A stretch of DNA of 64,000 bases from the human T2T-CHM13v2.0 reference genome, Homo sapiens (GCF_009914755.1 NC_060943.1), one strand, 5' to 3'. Positions 1 through 15,623 are shown, counted from the first letter of the stretch. Numbers and translations: made by a program. The notes: a model not told the origin generated them from the letters alone.

Positions 1-2087
1 ACTCTGTAGAATCTGAAAGTGGATATTTGGAGCTCTTTGAGGGCTATGGCGGAAAAGAAAATATATTCACATTAAACTAGACAGAAGCATCCTCAGAAAC
101 TTCTTTATGATGTTTGCATTAAACTCACAGAGTTGAACATACCTTTCCATAGAGCAGTTTTGAAACACTCTTTTTGGGGAATCCGCAAGTGGATATTTGG
201 ACCGCTTTGAGACCTTTGCTGGAAATGGGAATATCTTCACATATAAACTAGACAGAAGCATTCTCGGAAACTTCTTCGTGATGTGTGCATTCTGCTCCCA
301 AAGTTGAACCTTCCTCTTCATAAAGCAGTTTTGAAACACTCTTTTGTACAATCTACCATTGGATATGTGGAAGGCTTTGATGCCCATGGTGGAAAAGGAA
401 ACATCCTCATATAAAATCTAGACAGAAGGATTCACAGAAACTGCTGTGTGATGTGTGCATCGAAATCACGGAGTTGAACTTTTCTTTTGTTAGAGCAGTT
501 TTGAAACCCTGTTTCCGTGGAATCTGCCAGTGGACATTTGGAGCGCATTGAGGGCTATGGTGGAGAAGGAAATATCTTCACATAAAAACTAGAAAGAAGC
601 ATTCTCAGAAACATCTATGTGAAGTGTGCATTCAACTCACAGAGTTGAACCTTCCTTTTGATAGAAGAGTTTTGAAACACTCTTTTGTACAATTGCAGGT
701 GAATATTTGGAGCGCTTTGAAGCCTTTGTTGGAAATGGGAATATCCTCACATAAAAACTAGCCAGAAGCATTCTCAGAAACTTCTTTGTGATGTGTGCAT
801 TGAACCCAGAGAGATGAACCGTTCCTTTGAGAGAGCAGTTTTGAAACGTGTTCTTGTAAGATCTGCAAGTGGATATTTGGGGCGCTTTGAGCCCTTAGGT
901 GTAAACGGGAATATCTTCGAATAAAAACTAGACAGAATTATTCTCAGAATCTTCTTTGTGATGTGGGCATTCAACTAACACAGTTGAACATGTCTTTTGA
1001 CAGAGCAGTTCTGAAACACTCTTTTTGTAGAATCCGCCAGTGGATATTTGGAGCGCTCTGAGGGGTATTGTGCAAATGGAAATATCTTCACCTAAAAACT
1101 AGACCGAAGCAATCCCAGAAACTACTTTGTGATGTTTGCATTCAACTCACAGAGTTGAACCTACCTCTTCATAGAGCAGTTTGGAAAACCTCTTTTTGTA
1201 GAATCTGCAAGTGGATATTTGGACCACTTTGAGGCCTTCATAGGAAACAGTACTATCTTCACATAAAAACTAGGTAGAAGCATTGTCAGAAAATTCTTTG
1301 TGATGTGTGAATTCAACTCACAGAGTTGAACCTTCCTTTAATAGAGCAGTTTTGAAACACTCTTTTTGTAGAATCTGCAAGTAGATATTTGGAGCGCTTT
1401 GAGGCCTTCGTTGGAAACCGGAATATCTTCACATAAAAAGTAGATAGAGGCATTCTCAGAAACTTTTTTGTGATATGTAGATTCAACTCACAGCGCTGAA
1501 CCTTTCTTTTGATAGAGCAGTTTTGAAAAACTCTTTTATCGAATCTGCAAGTAGACATTTGGAGTGCTTTGAGGGCTGTGGTCGAAAAGGAAATATCTTC
1601 ACATAGAAACTAGACTGAAGCATTCTCAGCAACTTCTTTGTGACGTTTGCATTCATCTCACAGTGTTGAACATACCTTTTCATAGAGCAGTTTTGAAACA
1701 CTATTTTTGTAGTATCTGCAAGTGGATATTTGGACTGCTTTGAGGCCTTCATTGGAAACGGGAATATCTTCACATAAACACTAGACAGAAGCATTCTCTG
1801 AAACTTCTTTCTGATGTGTGTATTCAACTCACAGAGTTGAACCATCTTTTTTATGGAGCGGTTTTGAAACAGTGTTTTTGTAGAATCAGCAAGTGGATAT
1901 TTGGAGCGCTTTGAGGCCTCTGGTGGAAAGGGAATGTCTTCACATAAAAACTGGACAGAAGCATTCTCAGAAACATCTTTGTGATGTTTGCATTCAACTC
2001 ACAGAGTTGATCCTTCCTTTTAATAGGGCAGTTTTGCAACACTCTTTTTGTAGAATGCACCAGTGGGCTTTTGGAGCACGTCAAGGG

Positions 2088-2104
2088 CTATGGTGAAAAA
2101 GGAA
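2088..2104 (+). promoter_or_regulatory. pJ-alpha (A-box) motif ctatggtgaaaaaggaa
   Basis: Matches the pJ-alpha consensus CTAYGGTGRAAAAGGAA. It lies in a monomer specific to the 17-mer. Confidence 0.7.
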
Positions 2105-4982
2105 ATATCTTCACATAAAAACTAGACAGAAGTATTCTGTAAAACTCCTTTGTGATGTTTGCATTCAACTCAGAAAGTTGAACTTCTCTTTATATAGTCC
2201 AGTTTTCAAACACTATTTTTGTAGAATCTGCAAGTGGATACTGGGACTGCTTTGAGGCCTTCATTGGAAACGGGATTATCTTCACATAAAAACTAGACTG
2301 AAGGATTCTTAGAAACTTCTTTGTGATGTGTGCCTTCAACTCACCGAGTGGAACCTCACTTTTGATAGAGCAGAGTTGAAAGACACTTGTTGTAGAATCT
2401 GCAGGTGGATATTTGGAGTGTTTTGAAGCCTTCCTTGGAAACGGGAATATCTTCACATAAAAACTAGACATAAGCATGCTCAGAAACTCCTTTGTGATCT
2501 GTCCATTCAGCTCACAGAGTTGAACCTTCCTTTTGATAGAGCAGTTTTGAAACACTCTTTCTGTAGAGTGTGCAAGTGGATATCAGGAGCGCTTTGAGGC
2601 CTATGGCAGAAAAAGAAATATCTGGCTCTAAAAACTAGACAGAAGCATTCTGAGAAACTTCTTTGTGATGTTTGCATTCAACTACCAGAGTTGAACCTTC
2701 CTTTTGATAGAGCAGTTTTGAAACACTCTTTTTGTAGAATCTGCATGTGGATATCTGGAGCGATTTGAGGCCTATGGTCAAAAAGGAAATATCTTCCTAT
2801 GAAAAACAGACAAAAGCATTCTCAGAAACTACTTTGAGATATGTGCATTCAACTCACAGAGTTGAAACTTTTTTTTGATAGAGCAGTTTTGAAACACTCT
2901 GTAGAATCTGAAAGTGGATATTTGGAGCTATTTGAGGGCTATGGTGGAAAAGAAAATATATTCCCATTAAACTAGACAGAAGCATCCTCAGAAACTTCTT
3001 TATGATGTTTGCATTAAACTCACAGAGTTGAACATACCTTTCCATAGATCAGTTTTGAAACACTCTTTTTGGGGAATCCGCAAGTGGATATTTGGACCGC
3101 TTTGAGACCTTTGCTGGAAATGGGAATATCTTCACATATAAACTAGACAGAAGCATTCTCGGAAACTTCTTCGTGATGTGTGCATTCTGCTCCCAAAGTT
3201 GAACCTTCCTTTTCATAAAGCAGTTTTGAAACACTCTTTTGTACAATCTACCATTGGATATGTGGAAGGCTTTGATGCCCATGGTAGAAAAGGATACATC
3301 CTCATATAAAATCTAGACAGAAGGATTCACAGAAACTGCTGTGTGATGTGTGCATCCAAATCACGGAGTTGAACTTTTCTTTTGTTAGAGCAGTTTTGAA
3401 ACCCCGTTTCCGTGGAATCTGCCTGTGGACATTTGGAGCGCATTGAGGGCTATGGTGGAGAAAGAAATATCTTCACATAAAAACTAGAAAGAAGCATTCT
3501 CAGAAACATCTATGTGAAGTGTGCATTCAACTCACAGAGTTGAACCTTCCTTTTGATAGAAGAGTTTTGAAACACTCTTTTGTACTATTGCAGGTGAATA
3601 TTTGGAGCGATTTGAAGCCTTTGTTGGAAATGGGAATATCCTCACATAAAAAGTAGCCAGAAGCACTCTCAGAAACTTCTTTGTGATGTGTGCATTGAAC
3701 CCAGAGAGATGAACCGTTCCTTTGAGAGAGCAGTTTTGAAACGTGTTTTTGTAAGATCTGCAAGTGGATATTTGGGGCGCTTTGAGCCCTTAGGTGGAAA
3801 CGGGAATATCTTCGAATAAAAACTAGACAGAATTATTCTCAGAAACTTCTTTGTGATGTGGGCATTCAACTAACACAGTTGAACATGTCTTTTGACAGAG
3901 CAGTTCTGAAACACTCTTTTTGTAGAATCCGCCAGTGGATATTTGGAGCGCTTTGAGGGCTATTGTGCAAATGGGAATATCTTCACCTAAAAACTAGACC
4001 GAAGCAATCCCAGAAACTACTTTGTGATGTTTGCATTAAACTCATAGAGTTGAACCTACCTCTTCATAGAGCAGTTTGGAAAACCTCTTTTTGTAGAATC
4101 TGCAAGTGGATATTTGGACCACTTTGAGGCCTTCATAGGAAACAGTACTATCTTCACATAAAATCTAGGTAGAAGCATTGTCAGAAAGTTCTTTGTGATG
4201 TGTGAATTCAACTCACAGAGTTGAACCTTCCTTTAATAGAGCAGTTTTGAAACACTCTTTTTGTAGAATCTGCAAGTACATATTTGGAGCGCTTTGAGGC
4301 CTTCGTTGGAAACCGGAATATCTTCACATAAAAAGTAGATAGAGGCATTCTCAGAAACTTTTTTGTGATATGTAGATTCAACTCACAGCGCTGAACCTTT
4401 CTTTTGATAGAGCAGTTTTGAAAAACTCTTTTATCGAACCTGCAAGCAGACATTTGGAGTGCTTTGAGGGCTGTGGTCGAAAAGGAAATATCTTCACATA
4501 GAAACTAGACAGAAGCATTCTCAGCAACTTCTTTGTGACGTTTGCATTCATCTCACAGTGTTGAACATACCTTTTCATAGAGCAGTTTTGAAACACTATT
4601 TTTGTAGTATCTGCAAGTGGATATTTGGACTGCTTTGAGGCCTTCATTGGAAACGGGAATATCTTCACATAAACTCTAGACAGAAGCATTCTCTGAAACT
4701 TCTTTGTGATGTGTGTATTCAACTCACAGAGTTGAACCATCTTTTTTATGGAGCGGTTTTGAAACAGTGTTTTTGTAGAATCAGCAAGTGGATATTTGGA
4801 GCGCTTTGAGGCCTCTGGTGGAAAGGGAATGTCTTCACATAAAAACTGGACAGAAGCATTCTCAGAAACATCTTTGTGATGTTTGCATTCAACTCACAGA
4901 GTTGATCCTTCCTTTTAATAGGGCAGTTTTGCAACACTCTTTTTGTAGAATGCACCAGTGGGCTTTTGGAGCACGTCAAGGG

Positions 4983-4999
4983 CTATGGTGAAAAAGGAA
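4983..4999 (+). promoter_or_regulatory. pJ-alpha (A-box) motif, second 17-mer copy
   Basis: Same sequence 2895 bp downstream of 2088. Confidence 0.7.
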
Positions 5000-5153
5000 A
5001 TATCTTCACATAAAAACTAGACAGAAGTATTCTGTAAAACTCCTTTGTGATGTTTGCATTCAACTCAGAAAGTTGAACTTCTCTTTATATAGTCCAGTTT
5101 TCAAACACTATTTTTGTAGAATCTGCAAGTGGATACTGGGACTGCTTTGAGGC

Positions 5154-5170
5154 CTTCGTTGGAAACGGGA
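5154..5170 (+). promoter_or_regulatory. Intact CENP-B box (cttcgttggaaacggga)
   Basis: Matches NTTCGNNNNANNCGGGN exactly. The homologous site one HOR upstream (2259-2275) reads cttcattggaaacggga. Confidence 0.9.
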
Positions 5171-5866
5171 TTATCTTCACATAAAAACTAGACTGAAGGA
5201 TTCTTAGAAACTTCTTTGTGATGTGTGCATTCAACTCACCGAGTGGAACCTCACTTTTGATAGAGCAGTGTTGAAAGACACTTGTTGTAGAATCTGCAGG
5301 TGGATATTTGGAGTGCTTTGAAGCCTTCCTTGGAAACGGGAATATCTTCACATAAAAACTAGACATAAGCATTCTCAGAAACTCCTTTGTGATCTGTCCA
5401 TTCAGCTCACAGAGTTGAACCTTCCTTTTGATAGAGCAGTTTTGAAACACTCTTTCTGTAGAGTCTGCAAGTGGATATCAGGAGCGCTTTGAAGCCTATG
5501 GTAGAAAAAGAAATATCTGGCTCTAAAAACTAGACAGAAGCATTCTGAGAAACTTCTTTGTGATGTTTGCATTCAACTACCAGAGTTGAACCTTCCTTTT
5601 TGATAGAGCAGTTTTGAAACACTCTTTTTGTAGAATCTGCATGTGGATATCTGGAGCGATTTGAGGCCTATGGTCAAAAAGGAAATATCTTCCTATGAAA
5701 AACTGACAAAAGCATTCTCAGAAACTACTTTGAGATATGTGCATTCAACTCACAGAGTTGAAACTTTTTTTTGATAGAGCAGTTTTGAAACACTCTGTAG
5801 AATCTGAAAGTGGATATTTGGAGCTATTTGAGGGCTATGGTGGAAAAGAAAATATATTCCCATTAA

Positions 5867-7585
5867 ACTAGACAGAAGCATCCTCAGAAACTTCTTTATG
5901 ATGTTTGCATTAAACTCACAGAGTTGAACATACCTTTCCATAGAGCAGTTTTGAAACACTCTTTTTGGGGAATCCGCAAGTGGATATTTGGACCGCTTTG
6001 AGACCTTTGCTGGAAATGGGAATATCTTCACATATAAACTAGACAGAAGCATTCTCGGAAACTTCTTCGTGATGTGTGCATTCTGCTCCCAAAGTTGAAC
6101 CTTCCTCTTCATAAAGCAGTTTTGAAACACTCTTTTGTACAATCTACCATTGGATATGTGGAAGGCTTTGATGCGCATGGTAGAAAAGGATACATCCTCA
6201 TATAAAATCTAGACAGAAGGATTCACAGAAACTGCTGTGTGATGTGTGCATCCAAATCACGGAGTTGAACTTTTCTTTTGTTAGAGCAGTTTTGAAACCC
6301 TGTTTCCGTGGAATCTGCCAGTGGGCATTTGGAGCGCATTGAGGGCTATGGTGGAGAAGGAAATATCTTCACATAAAAACTAGAAAGAAGCATTCTCAGA
6401 AACATCTATGTGAAGTGTGCATTCAACTCACAGAGTTGAACCTTCCTTTTGATAGAAGAGTTTTGAAACACTCTTTTGTACAATTGCAGGTGAATATTTG
6501 GAGCGCTTTGAAGCCTTTGTTGGAAATGGGAATATCCTCACATAAAAACTAGCCAGAAGCATTCTCAGAAACTTCTTTGTGATGTGTGCATTGAACCCAG
6601 AGAGATGAACCATTTCTTTGAGAGAGCAGTTTTGAAACGTGTTTTTGTAAGATCTGCAAGTGGATATTTGGGGCGCTTTGAGCCCTTAGGTGGAAACGGG
6701 AATATCTTCGAATAAAAACTAGACAGAATTATTCTCAGAATCTTCTTTGTGATGTGGGCATTCAACTAACACAGTTGAACATTTCTTTTGACAGAGCAGT
6801 TCTGAAACACTCTTTTTGTAGAATCCGCCAGTGGATATTTGGAGCGCTTTGAGGGCAATTGTGCAAATGGAAATATCTTCACCTAAAAACTAGACCGAAG
6901 CAATCCCAGAAACTACTTTGTGATGTTTGCATTCAACTCACAGAGTTGAACCTACCTCTTCATAGAGCAGTTTGGAAAACCTCTTTTTGTAGAATCTGCA
7001 AGTGGATATTTGGACCACTTTGAGGCCTTCATAGGAAACAGTACTATCTTCACATAAAAACTAGGTAGAAGCATTCTCAGAAACTTCTTTGTGATGTGTG
7101 AATTCAACTCACAGAGTTGAACCTTCCTTTAATAGAGCAGTTTTGAAACACTCTTTTTGTAGAATCTGCAAGTAGATATTTGGAGAGCTTTGAGGCCTTC
7201 GTTGGAAACCGGAATATCTTCACATAAAAAGTAGATAGAGGCATTCTCAGAAACTTTTTTGTGATATGTAGATTCAACTCACAGCGTTGAACCTTTCTTT
7301 TGATAGAGCAGTTTTGAAAAACTCTTTTATCGAATCTGCAAGTAGACATTTGGAGTGCTTTGAGGGCTGTGGTCGAAAAGGAAATATCTTCACATAGAAA
7401 CTAGACTGAAGCATTCTCAGCAACTTCTTGGTGACGTTTGAATTCATCTCACAGTGTTGAACATACCTTTTCATAGAGCAGATTTGAAACACTATTTTTG
7501 TAGTATCTGCAAGTGGATATTTGGACTGTTTTGAGGCCTTCATTGGAAACGGGAATATCTTCACATAAACACTAGACAGAAGCAT
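5867..7585 (+). repeat. 10-mer deletion variant of the 17-mer (7 monomers skipped)
   Basis: After monomer 10 (cacataaacactagacagaagcat) the sequence continues with monomer 1 (cctcagaaacttctttatgatg) at 7586. The repeat distance is about 1704 bp. The crossover lies in the shared 15-mer actagacagaagcat (7571-7585). Confidence 0.88.
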
Positions 7586-7861
7586 CCTCAGAAACTTCTT
7601 TATGATGTTTGCATTAAACTCACAGAGTTGAACATACCTTTCCATAGAGCAGTTTTGAAACACTCTTTTTGGGGAATCCGCAAGTGGATATTTGGACCGC
7701 TTTGAGACCTTTGCTGGAAATGGGAATATCTTCACATATAAACTAGACAGAAGCATTCTCGGAAACTTCTTCGTGATGTGTGCATTCTGCTCCCAAAGTT
7801 GAACCTTCCTCTTCATAAAGCAGTTTTGAAACACTCTTTTGTACAATCTACCATTGGATAT

Positions 7862-7885
7862 GTGGAAGGCTTTGATGCCTTCCAC
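7862..7885. other. 17-mer/13-mer junction with a 9-bp inverted repeat (gtggaaggc-tttgat-gccttccac)
   Basis: 17-mer sequence ends at ...tttgatgcc (7879). The ttc at 7880-7882 matches neither parent. 13-mer sequence starts at cactcttttggtggaatc (7883). Monomer phase shifts by +51 bp (cactctttt at 7832 and again at 7883). Confidence 0.85.
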
Positions 7886-10800
7886 TCTTTTGGTGGAATC
7901 TGCCAGTGGATATTTGGAGTGCTTTGAGGGCGATTGTGTCTATGGAAATATCTTCCCCTAAAAACTAGACAGAAGCATTCTCAGAAACTGCTTTGTGATG
8001 TTTGCATTCAACTCACAGAGTTGAACCTACCTCTTGATAGAGCAGTTTGGAAAACCTCTTCTTGTAGAATCTGCAAGTGGATATTCGGACCACTTTGAGG
8101 CCTTCATAGGAAACAATAATATCTTCACATAAAAACTAGATAGAAGCATAGTCAGAAAGTTCTTTGTGATGTGTGAATTCAAATCACAGAATTGAAACTT
8201 CCTTTAATAGAGCAGTTTTGAAACACTCTTTTTCTAGAATCTGGAAGTAGATATTTGGAGCGCTTTGAGGCCTTCGTTGGAAACCGGAATATCTTCACAT
8301 AAAAAGCAGATAGAGGCATTCTCAGAAACTTTTTTGTGATATGTAGATTCAACTCACAACGTTGAACCTTTCTTTTGATAGAGCAGTTTTGAAAAACTCT
8401 TTTATCGAATCTGCCCGTAGACCTTTTGAGTGCTTTGAGGGCTGTGGTGCAAAAGGAAATGTCTTCCCATAGAAACTAGACTGAAGCATTCTCAGCAACT
8501 TCTTTGTGACGTTTGCATTCATCTCACAGTGTTGAACATACCTTTGCATAGAGTAGTTTTGAAACACTATTTTTGTAGAATCTGCAAGTGGATATTTGGA
8601 CTGCTTTGAGGCCTTCATCGGAAACGGGAATATCTTCACATAAACACTGGACAGAAGCATTCTCAGAAACTACTTTGTGATCTGTCCATTCAACTCACAG
8701 AGTTGAACCTTCCTTTTTATGGAGCAGTTTTGAAACACTGTTTTTGGAGAATCTGCAAGTGGATATTTGGAGCGCTTTTAGGCCTATGGTAGAAAAAGAA
8801 ATATCTGCCTATTACAACTAGACTGAAGCATTCTGAGAAACTTCTTTGTGATGTTTGCATTCAACTACCAGATTTGAACCTTCCTTTTGATAGGGCAGTT
8901 TGAAAACACTCTTTTTGTAGAATCTGCATGTGGACATCTGGAGCGATTTGAGGCCTACGGTCAAAAAGGAAATATCTTCCTGGGAAAAATAGACGAAAGC
9001 ATTCTCAGAAACTGCTTTGTGATATGTGCATTCGACTCACCGAGTTGAAACTTTTTTTTGATAGAGCAGTTTTGGAACACTCTGTAGAATCTGAAAGTGT
9101 AGATTTGGAGCTCTTTGAGGGCTATGGCGGAGAAGAAAATATATTCACATTAAACTAGACAGCAGCATTCTCAGAAACTTCTTTAGGATGTTTGCAGTAA
9201 ACTCAGAGAGTTGAACATACCTTAAGGTAGAGTAGTTTTGAAACACTCTGTTTGTGGGATCCTCAAGTGGATATTTGGACCGCTTTGAGACCTTTGCTGG
9301 AAATGGGAATATCTTCACATATAAACTAGACAGAAGCATTCTCAGAAACTTCTTTGTGATGTGTGCATTCTACACCCAAATTTGAATCTTCCTTTTCATG
9401 AAGCAGTTTTGAAACACTCTATTTGTGCAATCTACAATTGGATAATTGGAAATCTTTGATGCCCATGGTAGAAAAGGAAATATCCTCATATAAAAACTAG
9501 ACAGAAGGATTCACAGAAAATGCTTTGTGATGTGTGCATTCAAATCACGGAGTTGAATCTTTCTTTTGTTAGAGCAGTATTGAAACACTGTTTCTGTGGA
9601 ATCTGCCAGCGGACACTTGGAGCGCTTTGAGGGCTACGGTGGAGAAGGAAATATCTTCACATAAAAACTAGAAAGAAGCATTCTCAGAAACATGTATGTG
9701 AAGCGTGAATTCAACTCACAGTGTTGAACCTTCCTTTTGATAGAACAGTTTTTAAACACTCTTTTGAACAATTGCAGGTGAATCTTTGGAGCGCTTTGAA
9801 GCCTTTGTTGGAAATGGGAATATCTTCACACACAAACTAGCCAGAAGCATTCTCAGAAACTTCTTTGTGATGCGTGCGTTGAACCCAGAGAGATGAACCT
9901 TTCCTTTGATAGAGCAGTTTTGAAACGTGTTTTTGTAAGGTCTGCAAGCGGATAATCGGCTTCGCTTTGTGTCCTTTGGTGGAAACGGGAATATCTTCTA
10001 ATAAAAACTAGACAGAAATATTCTCAGAATCTTCTTTGTGATGTGGGCATTCAACTAACACATTTGAACATTTCTTTTCACAGAGCAGTTTTGAAACACT
10101 CTTTTGGTGGAATCTGCCAGTGGATATTTGGAGCGCTTTGAGGGCGATTGTGCCTATGGAAATATCTGCCCCTAAAAACTAGACAGAAGCATTCTCAGAA
10201 ACTGCTTTGTGATGTTTGCATTCAACTCACAGAGTTGAACCTACCTCTTCATAGAGCAGTTTGGAAAACCTCTTCTTGTAGAATCTGCAAGTGGGTATTC
10301 GGACCACTTTGAGGCCTTCATAGGAAACAGTAATATCTTCACATAAAAACTAGATAGAAGCATAGTCAGAAAGTTCTTTGTGATGTGTGAATTCAAATCA
10401 CAGAGTTGAAACTTCCTTTAATAGAGCAGTTTTGAAACACTCTTTTTCTAGAATCTGCAAGTAGATATTTGGAGCGCTTTGAGGCCTTCGTTGGAAACCG
10501 GAATATCTTCACATAAAAAGCAGATAGAGGCATTCTCAGAAACTTTTTTGTGATATGTAGATTCAACTCACAGCGTTGAACCTTTCTTTTGATAGAGCAG
10601 TTTTGAAAAACTCTTTTATCGAATCTGCCAGTAGACCTTTGGAGTGCTTTGAGGGCTGTGGTGCAAAAGGAAATGTCTTCCCATAGAAACTAGACTGAAG
10701 CATTCTCAGCAACTTCTTTGTGACGTTTGCATTGATCTCACAGTGTTGAACATACCTTTGCATAGAGTAGTTTTGAAACACTATTTTTGTAGAATCTGCA

Positions 10801-13200
10801 AGTGGATATTTGGACTGCTTTGAGGCCTCCATCGGAAACGGGAATATCTTCACATAAACACTGGACAGAAGCATTCTCAGAAACTTCTTTGTGATCTGTC
10901 CATTCAACTCACAGAGTTGAACCTTCCTTTTTATGGAGCAGTTTTGAAACACTGTTTTTGGAGAATCTGCAAGTGGATATTTGGAGCGCTTTTAGGCCTA
11001 TGGTAGAAAAAGAAATATCTGCCTATTACAACTAGACTGAAGCATTCTGAGAAACTTCTTTGTGATGTTTGCATTCAACTACCAGATTTGAACCTTCCTT
11101 TTGATAGGGCAGTTTGGAAACACTCTTTTTGTAGAATCTGCATGTGGACATCTGGAGCGATTTGAGGCCTACGGTCAAAAAGGAAATATCTTCCTGGGAA
11201 AAATAGACGAAAGCATTCTCAGAAACTGCTTTGTGATATGTGCATTCGACTCACCGAGTTGAAACTTTTTTTTGATAGAGCAGTTTTGGAACACTCTGTA
11301 GAATCTGAAAGTGGATATTTGGAGCTCTTTGAAGGCTATGGCGGAAAAGAAAATATATTCACATTAAACTAGACAGCAGCATTCTCAGAAACTTCTTTAG
11401 GATGTTTGCAGTAAACTCAGAGAGTTGAACATACCTTACGGTAGAGTAGTTTTGAAACACTCTGTTTGTGGGATCCTCAAGTGGATATTTGGACCGCTTT
11501 GAGACCTTTGCTGGAAATGGGAATATCTTCACATATAAGCTAGACAGAAGCATTCTCAGAAACTTCTTCGTGATGTGTGCATTCTACTCCCAAATTTGAA
11601 TTTTCCTTTTCATGAAGCAGTTTTGGAACACTCTATTTGTGCAATCTACAATTGGATAATTGGAACGCTTTGATGCCCATGGTAGAAAAGGAAATATCCT
11701 CATATAAAAACTAGACAGAAGGATTCACAGAAAATGCTTTGTGATGTGTGCATTCAAATCACGGAGTTGAATCTTTCTTTTGTTAGAGCAGTTTTGAAAC
11801 ACTGTTTCTGTGGAATCTGCCAGCGGACACTTGGAGCGCTTTGAGGGCTACGGTGGAGAAGGAAATATCTTCACATAAAAACTAGAAAGAAGCATTCTCA
11901 GAAACATGTATGTGAAGCGTGCATTCAACTCACAGTGTTGAACCTTCCTTTTGATAGAACAGTTTTTAAACACTCTTTTGAACAATTGCAGGTGAATCTT
12001 TGGAGCGCTTTGAAGCCTTTGTTGGAAATGGGAATATCTTCACGCACAAACTAGCCAGAAGCATTCTCAGAAACTTCTTTGTGATGCGTACGTTGAACAC
12101 AGAGAGATGAACCTTTCCTTTGATAGAGCAGTTTTGAAACGTGTTTTTGTAAGATCTGCAAGCGGATAATCGGCTTCGCTTTGTGTCCTTTGGTGGAAAC
12201 GGGAATATCTTCTAATAAAAACTAGACAGAAATATTCTCAGAATCTTCTTTGTGATGAGGGCATTCAACTAACACATTTGAACATTTCTTTTCACAGAGC
12301 AGTTTTGAAACACTCTTTTGGTGGAATCTGCCAGTGGATATCTGGAGCGCTTTGAGGGCTATTGTGCCAATGGAAATATCTTCCCCTAAAAACTAGACAG
12401 AATCATTCTCAGAAACTGCTTTGTGATGTTTGCATTCAACTCACAGAGTTGAACCTACCTCTTCATAGAGCAGTTTGGAAAACCTCTTCTTGTAGAATCT
12501 GCAAGTGGATATTCGGACCACTTTGAGACCTTCATAGGAAACAGTAATATCTTCACATAAAAACTAGATAGAAGCATAGTCAGAAAGTTCTTTGTGATGT
12601 GTGAATTCAAATCACAGAGTTGAACCTTCCTTTAATAGAGCAGTTTTGAAACACTCTTTTTCTAGAATCTGCAAGTAGATATTTGGAGCGCTTTGAGGCC
12701 TTCGTTGGAAACCGGAATATCTTCACATAAAAAGCAGATAGTGGCATTCTCAGAAACTTTTTTGTGATATGTAGATTCAACTCACAGCGTTGAACCTTTC
12801 TTTTGATAGAGCAGTTTTGAAAAACGCTTTTATCGAATCTGCCAGTAGACCTTTTGAGTGCTTTGAGGGCTGTGGTGCAAAAGGAAATGTCTTCCCATAG
12901 AAACTAGACTGAAGCATTCTCAGCAACTTCTTTGTGACGTTTGCATTGATCTCACAGTGTTGAACATACCTTTGCATAGAGTAGTTTTGAAACACTATTT
13001 TTGTAGAATCTGCAAGTGGATATTTGGACTGCTTTGAGGCCTTCATCGGAAACGGGAATATCTTCACATAAACACTGGACAGAAGCATTCTCAGAAACTT
13101 CTTTGTGATCTGCCCATTCAACTCACAGAGTTGAACCTTCCTTTTTATGGAGCAGTTTTGAAACACTGTTTTTGGAGAATCTGCAAGTGGATATTTGGAG
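7883..13200 (+). repeat. 13-mer layer A
   Basis: Shared variants: gcatagtcag, aaaagcagatag, aacactggac, gcttttaggcc, ctattacaactag, ggatcctcaag, ataatcggc. The right boundary is approximate. Confidence 0.75.
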
Positions 13201-13248
13201 CGCTTTGAGGCCTATGGTAGAAAAAGAAATATCTGCCTCTAAAAACTA

Positions 13249-15580
<2,332 letters not shown>

Positions 15581-15623
15581 ACAATGAGATCACATGGACA
15601 CAGGAAGGGGAATATCACACTCT

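Larger units (their letters stand above)
1..7879 (+). repeat. Alpha satellite 17-mer HOR array (period 2895/2896 bp); two full copies, a 10-mer variant and a partial copy
   Basis: ~171-bp monomers carry alphoid motifs (cattctcagaaactt, gagcagttttgaaacac, gaatctgcaagtggatatttgg). Equivalent ORFs recur at 774/3669/6565 and 1313/4208/7104 (spacing 2895, 2896). I counted 17 distinct box-region motifs per unit. Confidence 0.96.

Noticed and set aside
1407-1423. cttcgttggaaaccgga as a CENP-B box in each HOR
   Set aside because: It has CCGG in place of the essential CGGG.
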